This document shows, one piece after another, positions 26,383 to 35,211 of a stretch of 64,000 bases of DNA. Below the pieces are notes generated by a model, which saw only the letters and a list, made by a program, of their open reading frames with translations, ran no database searches and was not told the DNA's origin. The stretch spans positions 68,448,001 to 68,512,000 of the forward strand of contig NC_042998.1 of NCBI RefSeq assembly GCF_006345805.1, written 5' to 3'. This stretch comes from Octopus sinensis. Lineage: Eukaryota. The number at the start of each line of letters is the position of its first letter. The stretch's first letter is position 1. A program made the translations under genes and the position numbers.

Positions 26383-29300
26383 ATGTATGTATGTATGTAT
26401 GTGTGTATCTATGTATGTATGTATGTCATCAACATGCAGTGTCTGTGCAAGACTCTGCCTCAGTAAAGCTAGACTCAAGAGTCACCTTCGTAGTCATAAA
26501 GCGAGACCAATGATTGACTACCAGGCTGCCGGTGGTGGAGCTACACACCATACTAATCATATCTGTCAGGCATGTGGAAGTGAGTGTGATTCGGTGGGAG
26601 GATTTAAACGACATGCAAAGGTACATGAAGCCCAATTACAACTGCAGCTGGCTATTGCCAGTAAAGGCTTTAGCAGCCAATTCCATCCAAGACATTGTAG
26701 ATCTTTAAATGGGCTAAAAAGTCACATTCAGTCACAGCACCATTAACAGTTAAGCCTCTTGCAATGTCCATACCTGATAACGAGGAGGCAGCCATCATCA
26801 TATCTATGTATGTATGTATGTATGTATGTATGTGCAGATTTGTATGTTTTGTTTTATGTATGTATTCTCATGCATATAGTTGCATATCTAGACATGCTCA
26901 TATATATTTAAATGATAAACTTCTTGAAAGTTTTACAGATTTTTACAGTTCCAGTGATGGACTGGATCTGTAGTCTTCGAATCAGCTTTCTCTTTTCTGG
27001 TTTTGAGAAGCCTAATTTCTTAAGATTGATATTTTAGGCAGTGTGTTATATATCCCAGGGCCCCAATAATTACAGGTATGAGCCTGAACTTGTATGCATG
27101 TATGTACGTATGCATGTGTGTGTGTGTCTGTGTTTGTGTGTGTGTGTGCATGTGTGTGTGTGCCTGTGTCTGTGTGTGCATGTGTCTCTGTCTGTATCTG
27201 TGTGTATGTGTTTGTGTGTGTGTGTGCATGTGTGTGTGTGTGCCTGTGTCTATGTGTGCATGTGTCTCTGTCAGTATCTGTGTGTATGTGTGTGTGTGTG
27301 TGTGTGCATGTGTGTGTGTGCCTGTGTCTGTGTGTGCATGTGTCTCTGTCTGTATCTGTGTGTATGTGTTTGTGTGTGTGTGTGCATGTGTGTGTGTGTG
27401 TGCCTGTGTCTATGTGTGCATGTGTCTCTGTCAGTATCTGTGTGTATGTGTGTGTGTGTGTGTGCATGTGTGTGTGTGCCTGTGTCTGTGTGTGCATGTG
27501 TCTCAGTCTGTATCTGCATTATGTGTTGTGTGTGTGTGTGTGTGTGTGTCTGTCTGTGTGTGTCTGTGTGTGTGTCAGTGTGTGTGTTTGTGTGTGTGTG
27601 TGTGTTAAATAAAATGAGATAACAAGGCCAAGGCAATTTGATATTCCTAGCAGTATCCAATAGCCTTTGCCTTGTTATCTCATTTCATTTTATTCACCAT
27701 ACACATGCCCACACTTGACCTGCCTTAGCCTCCTCACTCTTGTTATTAGTGGACCGGGAGCTTAACAGCGCTCCTTCCATAGCACTTACATAGCCTAACC
27801 CGCCTTTTCGGTCTTGGCACAGGCATAGTTGTGTGGTAAGAAGCTTGCTTCCAAACCACATGACTCCGGGTTCAGTCTCACTGCATGGCAAGCATCTTCT
27901 ATAAACTTGAACCGATCAAAGCCTTGTGAGTGGATTTGGTAGCAGGAAACTAAATATATGAGCATGTCTAGATATGCAACTTTATGCATGAGAATACATG
28001 CATAAAACATACAAATCTGCACATATACATACATACATACATACATACATACATACATACATACATACATACATACATACATACGTATGTACGTACATAC
28101 ATACATACGTACGTACGTACATACAGACAGACAGACATACAATCAAAAATACCCTGTTGCTGATGTTGAAATTCCAATGAAGGAGCCTTGGATCTAGGTT
28201 AGAAACTAGCTCCTTCTCTATTAGCAAGAAATCTTGAAATAAACCGAATAATGGCATACATGTATACATACATACATACACACACACATACATACATACA
28301 TACATACATACATACATACATACATACATACATACATACATACATGCATACACACATACATACATACATACATACATACATACATACACACACATGCACA
28401 TACATACATACATGCATACATGCATGCATACCTACATACACACATGCATACATACATACACACACATGCATACACACACACACATATACATACATACATA
28501 CATACATACACACACACACATACATACATACATACATACATACATACATACATACATTCATTCATCACTTGGTTGGTCTTTTACTGTCCTACATGTATCT
28601 CATGATTCATTATTACAAAATTATTTCTAGACATTGCTTTCTAACCACGTTGTTTCCAGTTCACTCCCTTTATGTGGCACTTTGGACAAGTGTCTTCCAC
28701 TGCAGCACAGGGATTTGGTAGACAGAAACAATCTGTCTATCTATTAATATGTCTATATGCTTCGGCGCTTGTCAGTCCCACCACTACTTCAAAACCAACG
28801 TTGCTTTGTTTACATCCCCCATAACTTTGCTATTCAGGAAAAGAGACCACCAGGCCTAAAATAAGTGCAGGGACGGTTTGTACAACTAAACCCTTCAAAA
28901 TGGTGCCCCATGTCTGCAGTCTACTGACTGACACAAGTAAAAGAAAATTATGAAAGGCAAGAAAGACAATGTATAAAGAACAAAATGTAAGTTCATACCT
29001 CTTTTAGCTCCGTCTTTAGCATCTTGTAATGTGATTTTTATAGCTTCATCCAGTTGGCATTCCTTGATGGTTGCTAAAATTCGGGTTATTATGAAAAGCT
29101 GCCTCAATTGTTTGACATCAGAAATCTCTCTAGGTTTCACCTAAATAAAGAATGGTAAATAAACACAATGGAACCAAACACCGTCAACTTACAGGAATAC
29201 CAGTTGGTACTTTTTGGTTTTTAAAAATTGGGTTATCTCCCCACGGTTTATGGGAAATATCGGTACTGTTGGTTATCTCCCTCAACTAAAAAGATTGTTT

Positions 29301-31687
29301 AATCCTTGATAAAACAAAGATAGAAAAAACAAAAGTGAAAAGATGAAACATCTTATTGAATCTGATAATATTTTTATAATAAACCATACCATTCCTATTG
29401 AGGAGGCCAAGCGTCAACAATGTGTTGAAGTATTGAATCTAAAGTATTGAATCTTTTAATCTAATCTCTTGTCGCCGCATTAACTCAATTTTTTAGAGGG
29501 GAGATAACCCAGTTTTTTAATGGCAATTTTTTAATGGGGGTGAGATAACTAAAAGGTACCAAACAATTTTCTATAGCTTAAGCAGATACGCTGCAATGAT
29601 TGGTGTCTCTTGTCTGTTACGTTATCTTTATATTGGTTTCAAATTTTGGCACAAGGCCTGAAATTTGAGGGGAGGAAGTAAGTCGATTACATCGACCCCC
29701 AGCACACAACTGATACTTATTTTATCGACTCTGAACGAATAAAAGTCAAAGTCTACCTCGACGGAATTTGAACTCAGAAGGTAAAGACAGACAATATGCC
29801 GCTAAGCATTTGCCCGGCATGCTAAAGAATCTGCCAGCTCACCACCCTATGCCTCTTTTATATTAATCCATTAACTGCCAAATTTTTCTATTTATATTTT
29901 TGGGTTTGGCCAGGGGTCTTATGAGTCAAAATAATATATAGTATTTAAGTTTTCTTCATATGTGAATTATTTTGGAAATTATGATAAACTTTTTGAAAAG
30001 TCCCAAATGGGGATCGCAGAAAAAAAGCGTATTTATCCTTTTTCCTTTTCTATTCAATTGTAATAAACATTTTACTTTTTTTTTAAACTATGGTATCAAA
30101 TACGAATGTATATGAAATATCGATGAATGATATAGACAGGAAATGTAAATAAAAGAACAACATTTTCAAAACAGTTAATATTTTTGTAGTTCAAAAATTG
30201 TGATTTATGACATAAAATGTCCTCTAGAATTAGCCAGAGCTAATAATGACAAACTTTAACAACTAAATATTGTTAAACACACCTCTGCATATGCAATGTA
30301 CATAAGCAATTCACTTTAAATACAACGAACAACTGGCAGTGAGACTATTTTTAGCAGATCCCCAAATGGGGTTCATAGCAGGCAATGGGTTAAGACATAT
30401 ATTATTTTACTAAATTCTTCACTATTTTCAAAATTAATTGAAACAAAGAATATTTCAATGGAAATATGGTAACAAAAGGGTTCACTTTTCTGATGCCAAC
30501 TCATATGTGAGATGGCATCAGAAGTTTCTGGTTTTAAAATGATCGAAATTAAAACCTCCCATCAAAATTTCATGTTAATTTATGTTCCAAACAACAGATT
30601 AATTAATTAACAATATTGTTATTTTACAAAATTCTGTGATATCATGTCATGGAGAAATATTATCTTGCTTGCAAATAGATATGGGTTGGTGACAAGAAGG
30701 CACCCAAGCATAGAAAATCTACCCCAGCAAATTCTATCTGATCCATGCAAGCACAGAAGAGTACACAAACATTATATTTATTTCTTTATTGCCCACAAGG
30801 AGCTAAGCACAGAGGGGACAAACAAGGACAAACAAAGGGATTAAGTCAATTGCATCAACCGCAGTGCGTAACTGGTACTTATTTAATCAACCCTGAAAGG
30901 ATGAATGGCTTTAAATAAACACAAAACAAGACTAAATAAATCATAACTTGATATTTAATATATTTAAGGTAGCAAAAGCAGTGAGCTAGCAGAATCATTA
31001 GCTCACTAGGCCAAAGTGCTTAGTGGTATTTCACCCGTTGCAATGTTCCGAGTTCAAATCCTGCCGAGGATCGCTTTACCTTTCAGGACTGATAAAATAA
31101 GTACCAGCTGAGCACTGAGGTCGATGTAATCAATTTATCTCCACCCCGGAAACTGCTACTTTGGATCAAAATATAAAGCCAATATACTTAAAACAGTGCA
31201 CTGGTAGAGCCATTAGCACGCTGAGCAAAATGCTAGGAGGCATGATATTTGGAACCAGTATTTAATATATTCAAGGTAGGGTTTTTCAATAAGGCTATTA
31301 AGAAATAAAATTTTATAAATAGATACATTCATATATACATGCACACACACACACAACATGTCTCATCACCGAAAAGGTAATTATTTTTCCACGCTTGTTG
31401 ATATTGTTTTTGTGTCTCTTTTTGTCTCAAAGCCGTAGGGCGCCTGTGTCATCCATGTTTTTAACCGTTACTGTCTCCAAAAAAGTTTTTTTCGTTCCAT
31501 GTTCATCTCCGTTGCGTTGCATTCTTTCCTTCTGTGGCTGGCTGATTCAGAGCGGATCTCAGAATTAAACAGCCGAAATCTGCGATGAGGAATCAGTTTC
31601 TGACTGAAGAACGAAGGCTTTGAATGACCCGTTGTCTGTTATGTTCGTCCCTTCGTGTATTTCACGTTATTTATTTATGTAAAGGTT

Positions 31688-31737
<50 letters not shown>

Positions 31738-31762
31738 TCACACACAAACACACACACACACA

Positions 31763-31823
<61 letters not shown>

Positions 31824-32334
31824 ACAAAACGCGATTTCATTGAAACAGTCCTTCCTGCAAAGCAAATTAAATAAAATTTGGGATTTTTTTCAGTAAGTGA
31901 AAGTGGTAACAAGAATAGGACAGTGAGACCAAGACAGTAAAAACAAGCAGTGAGTTCTGTTAAGCCAAGACGATAGAAAAATTATTATGAACGCTAGGAA
32001 GACGAGCTTATGAGAGGAGACTGGTATAAGCACATCTTGTCTTTAGGAAGGAAATGGACAGAAAGATAGATTCCCTTTCGTCACGTGTCAGTGACGAGAG
32101 AGTCAAGGAGGAAGAGCGAGAGAGAGGGAACGGTGAAGAGGAGAGAAGAAGAATAGGGAAGGGTAGGAGAGAAAACCAGAAAGGATATATATATATATAT
32201 ACAGAATATGTTTGAATGTATGCATGTGAAAGAATATTACTTACATCTTGAATAATTTCAAAATAAGTGTCTGCATCGCTTTCTATAGTACGTTTATCCA
32301 CCGACAATAACGCATCCAATTTCACGGGATACAT
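1864..32334 (-). CDS. CEP290: Centrosomal protein of 290 kDa (CEP290) orthologue, 5' part; 10 coding exons, continues past left edge
   Basis: Manually spliced exons (GT-AG, phases consistent, 1020 nt = 340 codons): 32245-32334, 28999-29140, 23263-23297, 22310-22456, 19481-19534, 17455-17610, 11491-11604, 9709-9777, 4409-4498, 1864-1986. Coiled-coil product. Contains KVEEWK, as I recall from human CEP290. Exon sizes of 18, 30 and 41 codons (and 38+23=61) match my recollection of human exons 7, 11, 12 and 10. Confidence 0.88.
3122..3611 (+). mobile_element. Short non-autonomous, bipartite RTE-like element (structured 5' region fused to a LINE 3' tail)
   Basis: CCTTCTAGGAGAAGG hairpin typical of RTE 5' regions (from recall); 3' tail about 50 nt nearly identical to 26749-26800; no RT. 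Confidence 0.55.
4409..4498 (-). CDS. CEP290: CEP290 exon ([30 protein letters not shown])
   Basis: 30 codons, acceptor TATATTTATAG, donor GTAGGT; ends KVEEWK as in human exon 11. Confidence 0.9.
4581..4890 (+). mobile_element. 3' end of a HERO/NeSL-type RLE retrotransposon
   Basis: [11 protein letters not shown]...[14 protein letters not shown] pattern characteristic of HERO-type RLE C-termini. Confidence 0.6.
5140..5432 (+). mobile_element. Abundant (GAT)n-tailed retroposon with tandem GCACGTAAAAAGCACC subunits (RTE-tail-like SINE)
   Basis: Same 3' module (...CCAACCCATGCTAGCATGGAAAGCGGACGTTAAACGATGATGAT) recurs at about 18760, 23850(-), 41590(-), 44300, 46800(-), 47800, 50500, 50750, 51150(-), 57900, 58800, 61780. 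Confidence 0.75.
5810..7260. repeat. About 1.45-kb compound imperfect (CA)n/(TACA)n microsatellite field
   Basis: Direct inspection; source of many spurious His/Thr and Cys/Val ORFs. Confidence 0.95.
7261..7865 (+). mobile_element. Probable solo LTR
   Basis: Starts TGTAGTGA, ends TCGTTACA (imperfect terminal IR), AATAAA at about 7727, flanked by CACA (possible 4-bp TSD within CA repeat), CpG-rich interior. Confidence 0.5.
8013..8047 (+). ncRNA. Minimal type I hammerhead ribozyme motif (Penelope-like)
   Basis: GTTT-CTGACGA-A-GAGC(TCC)GCTC-GAAA-CG-TT-AAAT: intact core, 4-bp stem II, palindromic AACGTT stem III, short stem I. Confidence 0.65.
8216..9092 (+). mobile_element. Internally deleted mariner transposon
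   Basis: About 80-bp TIRs; frameshifted transposase N-terminus [14 protein letters not shown]...DERSGRP...[12 protein letters not shown]; catalytic domain deleted. A solo TIR sits at about 25024-25113. Confidence 0.85.
9709..9777 (-). CDS. CEP290: CEP290 exon ([23 protein letters not shown])
   Basis: Acceptor TTCGTTTTCATAG, donor GTTAGA, 23 codons; ELKKENN resembles human QLKKEND. Confidence 0.78.
10738..10940. repeat. Interspersed repeat family with embedded (TACA)n microsatellite
   Basis: Module CCCTGTTGTTGATGCTGAAATTCCAATGAAG...GCAAGAAATCTTGAAATAAA recurs at 27960-28255 (same strand) and 24850-24985; 26805-27085 matches the adjoining module in the opposite orientation. Confidence 0.7.
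11491..11604 (-). CDS. CEP290: CEP290 exon ([38 protein letters not shown])
   Basis: 38 codons, phase 0/0, donor GTGAAT; acceptor has a poor pyrimidine tract ((CAA)n CAG). Confidence 0.72.
12130..12700 (-). mobile_element. R4/Dong-clade LINE remnant (zinc knuckle plus RLE)
   Basis: [10 protein letters not shown]...HDRV...[11 protein letters not shown]...LIDMSIPCD...YKDL, with stops. Confidence 0.8.
12790..13092 (-). mobile_element. R4/Dong-clade LINE 3' end
   Basis: [12 protein letters not shown]...[10 protein letters not shown]; bounded by (TAA)n on both sides. Confidence 0.75.
13113..13636. mobile_element. About 520-bp non-coding element bounded by (TAA)n on both sides (probable Dong-dependent non-autonomous element)
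   Basis: No ORF; TAA-repeat boundaries identical in kind to the adjacent Dong remnants. Confidence 0.45.
14180..15800 (+). mobile_element. 5' half of an APE-type LINE: decayed ORF1 with Cys/His zinc-finger motifs and apurinic endonuclease domain; RT missing
   Basis: 15364-15800: [25 protein letters not shown] motifs; about 14735-14970: C-x8-C-x5-H-like Cys/His motifs ([21 protein letters not shown]). Confidence 0.8.
15802..16544. mobile_element. MITE with about 21-bp TIRs (TTGGTACTTTTTGGT...), interrupted by a SINE at about 15912-16335
   Basis: TIRs at 15802 and 16544; second copy of the family at 29204-29562 with the same interior. Confidence 0.7.
16690..17190 (-). mobile_element. Ty3/Gypsy gag remnant
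   Basis: [44 protein letters not shown], a typical invertebrate Gypsy gag N-terminus; decayed zinc knuckle downstream. Confidence 0.7.
17455..17610 (-). CDS. CEP290: CEP290 exon ([15 protein letters not shown]...KVSTAEIE)
   Basis: Strong polypyrimidine acceptor TTTCTCTCTCCCAG, donor GTATTA, 52 codons; lies inside ORF 17410..17787. Confidence 0.85.
19481..19534 (-). CDS. CEP290: CEP290 exon ([18 protein letters not shown])
   Basis: Acceptor CTAACTTGCAG, donor GTAGGT, 18 codons as recalled for human exon 7 (ends RRE vs RQE here). Confidence 0.8.
19707..19834 (-). ncRNA. Hammerhead motif with 85-nt stem II loop (Penelope-like element end)
   Basis: AATCT-CTGACGA-GGCCTA..85 nt..TAGGCT-GAAA-CAGCTG-TA; stem I disrupted by a 2-nt insertion. 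Confidence 0.5.
20519..20684. repeat. Foldback/MITE-like inverted repeat, about 70-bp arms
   Basis: TTATGGCAATGACTGTGCAATGACTAAGGAAAAT...AAGCCCTCAACAGAAA and its near-complement at 20615-20684. Confidence 0.85.
20975..22234. mobile_element. hAT (Charlie-like) MITE disrupted by three nested SINEs
   Basis: TIR-like TAGTGGTTCTCAGC ... GTTGAGGACCACTG; related copy starting CAGTGGTTCCCAAC at 52462. Confidence 0.6.
22310..22456 (-). CDS. CEP290: CEP290 exon ([49 protein letters not shown])
   Basis: Acceptor TTATTCAG, donor GTTAAG, 49 codons, phase 0/0, coiled-coil character. Confidence 0.75.
22533..23086. mobile_element. Palindromic tRNA-head/hammerhead element, copy with right arm truncated
   Basis: Same architecture as 52645-53107; minus-strand hammerhead at 22575-22620 with GAAA changed to AAAA. 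Confidence 0.75.
23263..23297 (-). CDS. CEP290: CEP290 35-nt exon ([12 protein letters not shown])
   Basis: The only open phase 1 to 0 AG/GT segment I found between the flanking exons; donor GTATCT runs directly into an (ATCT)n repeat; weak sequence similarity. Confidence 0.55.
24406..24789 (-). mobile_element. Non-autonomous Helitron
   Basis: 5' TC...TATATAAAC, 3' hairpin CGCCAGGCG then CTAG|T; reverse-complement match to 42811-43324. Confidence 0.75.
25207..25412. mobile_element. piggyBac-type MITE
   Basis: TTAA|CCCATTAAGTC ... GACTTAATGGG|TTAA (perfect 11-bp TIR, TTAA TSD). Confidence 0.85.
26425..26800 (+). mobile_element. LINE (RTE-like) 3' terminus encoding three C2H2-like zinc fingers
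   Basis: [42 protein letters not shown], degenerate third finger ...[14 protein letters not shown]; 3' tail shared with 3561-3611. Confidence 0.6.
27100..27605. repeat. About 80-bp minisatellite built from (TG)n, 5 copies with alternating variants
   Basis: Direct inspection. Confidence 0.85.
27960..28560. repeat. (TACA)n microsatellite arrays
   Basis: Direct inspection. Confidence 0.9.
28999..29140 (-). CDS. CEP290: CEP290 exon ([47 protein letters not shown])
   Basis: Acceptor TTTATTTAG, donor GTATGA, phase 0 to 1; LFIIT resembles human LFRIT. Confidence 0.82.
29867..30389. mobile_element. piggyBac-type MITE with imperfect TIRs
   Basis: TTAA|TCCATTAACTGC ... GCAGGCAATGGG|TTAA. Confidence 0.55.
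32245..32334 (-). CDS. CEP290: CEP290 first coding exon ([30 protein letters not shown])
   Basis: ATG at 32334, 30 codons, strong donor GTAAGT. Resembles human MPPNINWKEIMKVDPDDL...ADNLL. A possible upstream acceptor (TTTCAG) at about 32374 suggests a non-coding exon 1 further upstream. Confidence 0.8.
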
Positions 32335-32956
32335 TTTTTCTTTCCTTTCTTTTTTTTTTTTTTGTTTTAGATTCTGAAAGGAGATTTATATACATCTATG
32401 AGAAATCTGACTCAGAAGTCTCCCTTAAAAAATAGGGGGGGGGGGTGCATGTATTTCTTTTTATGAATGCCGATATAATGTGCTATACTTTGTTATAGTT
32501 ATGGATAAGCTTTAACCAAGGGAAATAACTCTGGTAAAAACACTTTGGATTATCTTCCATAAAATAGATAAAACCGAGGAAACGATATCTCCGTTATGAC
32601 TGTAATTGAATGATTGTAGGAAGTAAAAAATTATGTGTAGTCAGTCCATACAGCGTATTACTGGTACCTCTTCTATCAGTCCCAGGAAGATGAAAATTAA
32701 ATTGGTCCTTGGCTGGACCTCAACTCACAATCTAGAACAACTGAACGAAATACTCTCTCTTTCTCCCCCTCATGTCTTTCTCCCTACTTTCTCACACCTC
32801 TGTCTCTCTCTCTTCTTCCCCACTCTCTCCTTCTCCCCACTCTCTCTCCTCCTCTCTCTCCCTGCCTCTACAGCTTAGTGTGTATTTCTCCTCTGGATTT
32901 ATGTATTTCCACAAACGATATGTGTGTGTGTGTGTGTATACATATATATATATACA

Positions 32957-32989
<33 letters not shown>

Positions 32990-34362
32990 GTGCACATACA
33001 CATATATGTGAATATGTGTGTGTATGAATTCGTGTGTGAGCGCGTATGTATGCATGCGTGTGCATGGAAAGGGTCAGGGGCTGACATTTTGATATGGAGG
33101 ATATTTGGACTGCCATTGCTAACAGATCGAACAACTGTGCAGAGAAATTTCCTCGAAGTATAAATATGAACATTTCACAAAGGTAAAAGTAAACGTTTTG
33201 AGTTGTATTTAGATATAAAAGTAACACAAATTATTTATACTAACCGAAATATCACCAAAATTTAATGAAGACCATCAAAATTCTCAAAAGCATTGGAAAT
33301 TATACGAACATCATCGGGGTATATTTGCCGACTAATTCAGTCTTTCATAATTTTCTGTTGGTGTCAGGCTATAGCGCAAACATGTCTCATAATTCCATTA
33401 AACCGTTTTTAATTAACAATAGTTTTTAGTAAAAGCCACAGAGGTTTTAAATTGTGATTAAATCGTCTCTGTGCTGTAATCAATTTTAAAACCATAGATA
33501 AAGTGAAACGAAGACAGGGTTTCTTCGAAAATAGCCATCAAGTTTTTGGAAGCAATCATCGTGGTTTTAACGATGATTTACGTTGTTTTGTTGAGTTTAT
33601 TCTTTCTTTTTATTTTCTTTGGAAATTTATCTTCAAAAACAAATAAAAACATGTTAAAGTATATAAATAAGAGCTGACGTCACAAAAGTCATTTTTTGTT
33701 TTTTTTTCGTTTAGGCGCAGGCATGGCCGTGTGTTTAAGAAACTCGTTATGCAACCACGTGATTTCCTGTTCAGTGCCACAGTGCGGTTTCTTGGGCAAA
33801 GGTCGTTTAATATAGCTCCGGGCCGACCAATGCTTTGTGAGCGAATTTGATAGACGGAAACTGTGTGGAAGCCCGTTGTGGAATTGGACAAGTGGTATAG
33901 GCACCTCTCATGGGAACCCAATTGGGATCGAAAATCGATTAAGCCTGTCCATAATTTTTTCAGTCTTGGGATAAATAGGAGAAATTGATATTTTTGTGTC
34001 TGGTGTGGCCGTGTGGTAGGAGGTTTGCTTCCCAACCACATGGTTCCGGGTTCGATCCCATTGCGTGGCACCTTGTGCGGGTGTCTTCTTATAGCTTTGG
34101 GTTGACAAAAGACTTGAGTAGATTTGGTAGATGGAAACTGAAAGAAGCATGCTGTACATTCTATTTATTGTTCTAATTATGTACTAGTATTATTTTTTAT
34201 AACCCATTTTCGAATTTCTAATAATTGATTAATAATTAAAAAAACTGGGGTTTTTAAGTGCAAAAAATATTTTGAGTTATTTTTTATTTTTAATAGAAGT
34301 AACAAGTAATAACAAATAGAAGTAATAACTTGTAATACTACTTTAATTTTAATAAAAGTTAA

Positions 34363-35177
34363 TCTGTATATATATAGTGTGTGTGTACGTGAATGTAGTT
34401 TATGCACATCCACAAATCAGCACGCATGTCGCTCAAATTTTAGGAGGACATTCGTCACGATCCTAGTTGAATATTTTCGTCAAATTATTTTCCCCGAGGC
34501 ACCCGTGAATAGCGGTAAATATTTTTGAGCCATAACTAACAATTTTTATGGCGGAGAAATCCACCATTGTTTATAAACCAAACATGAGTTAATTCCCCTC
34601 CTAGCGACGGTATAAAGAGAGGGAGATAACAGATTTTTTTAAATTTCGTCTTTTTACTGAGTGATTGACAGGCAAAAACAGACAGACAGGTGTTGTTATG
34701 TATGTGTGTGTGAATGGCTTCAGTCACACACAGACACACACAAACATGTATCCAATGTGTGTGTTGCCCGTATATATATATACAATATAAACGATATTCT
34801 CCGTTTCTCCACAACTAATTTCCAAATTAGCTGAATCCGTTGCTCTACTCATAGCGATGTACAGCTGGTCGTACGGGAACATGGGAGAGAGCAGCGGTTA
34901 CCAGAGCAAAAGACCTACGCGTTGACTGTAGGCACGCTCCATCGCAAATGATCATCTATTATTTTGTAAACAATATTTCGAAAGGATAGATATGACTCTT
35001 ACATCTCTGCAGGAGAAGGTAGGTTTTTCTATTCCTGTTACGTTTCCGTGTGCCAAATTTGCTTCAATTGATGGTATTACTCGGGTAGGAGGTGCTGGTG
35101 GGACAGTGGTAGGGCAAAGGCGTGCAAAAACATTTATGCAATAGGTGTATGTACGTATGTTTGTGTGTGTGTGTTGC

Positions 35178-35211
<34 letters not shown>

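Noticed and set aside
26345-26746. Member of the octopus C2H2-ZNF gene expansion
   Set aside because: No TGEKP linkers, N-terminus is microsatellite, ends in a retroelement 3' tail; treated as a LINE remnant
27012-28721. Long Cys/Val/Met/Tyr ORFs; tandem array considered as CRISPR-like
   Set aside because: Mini- and microsatellite with no unique spacers; eukaryotic context
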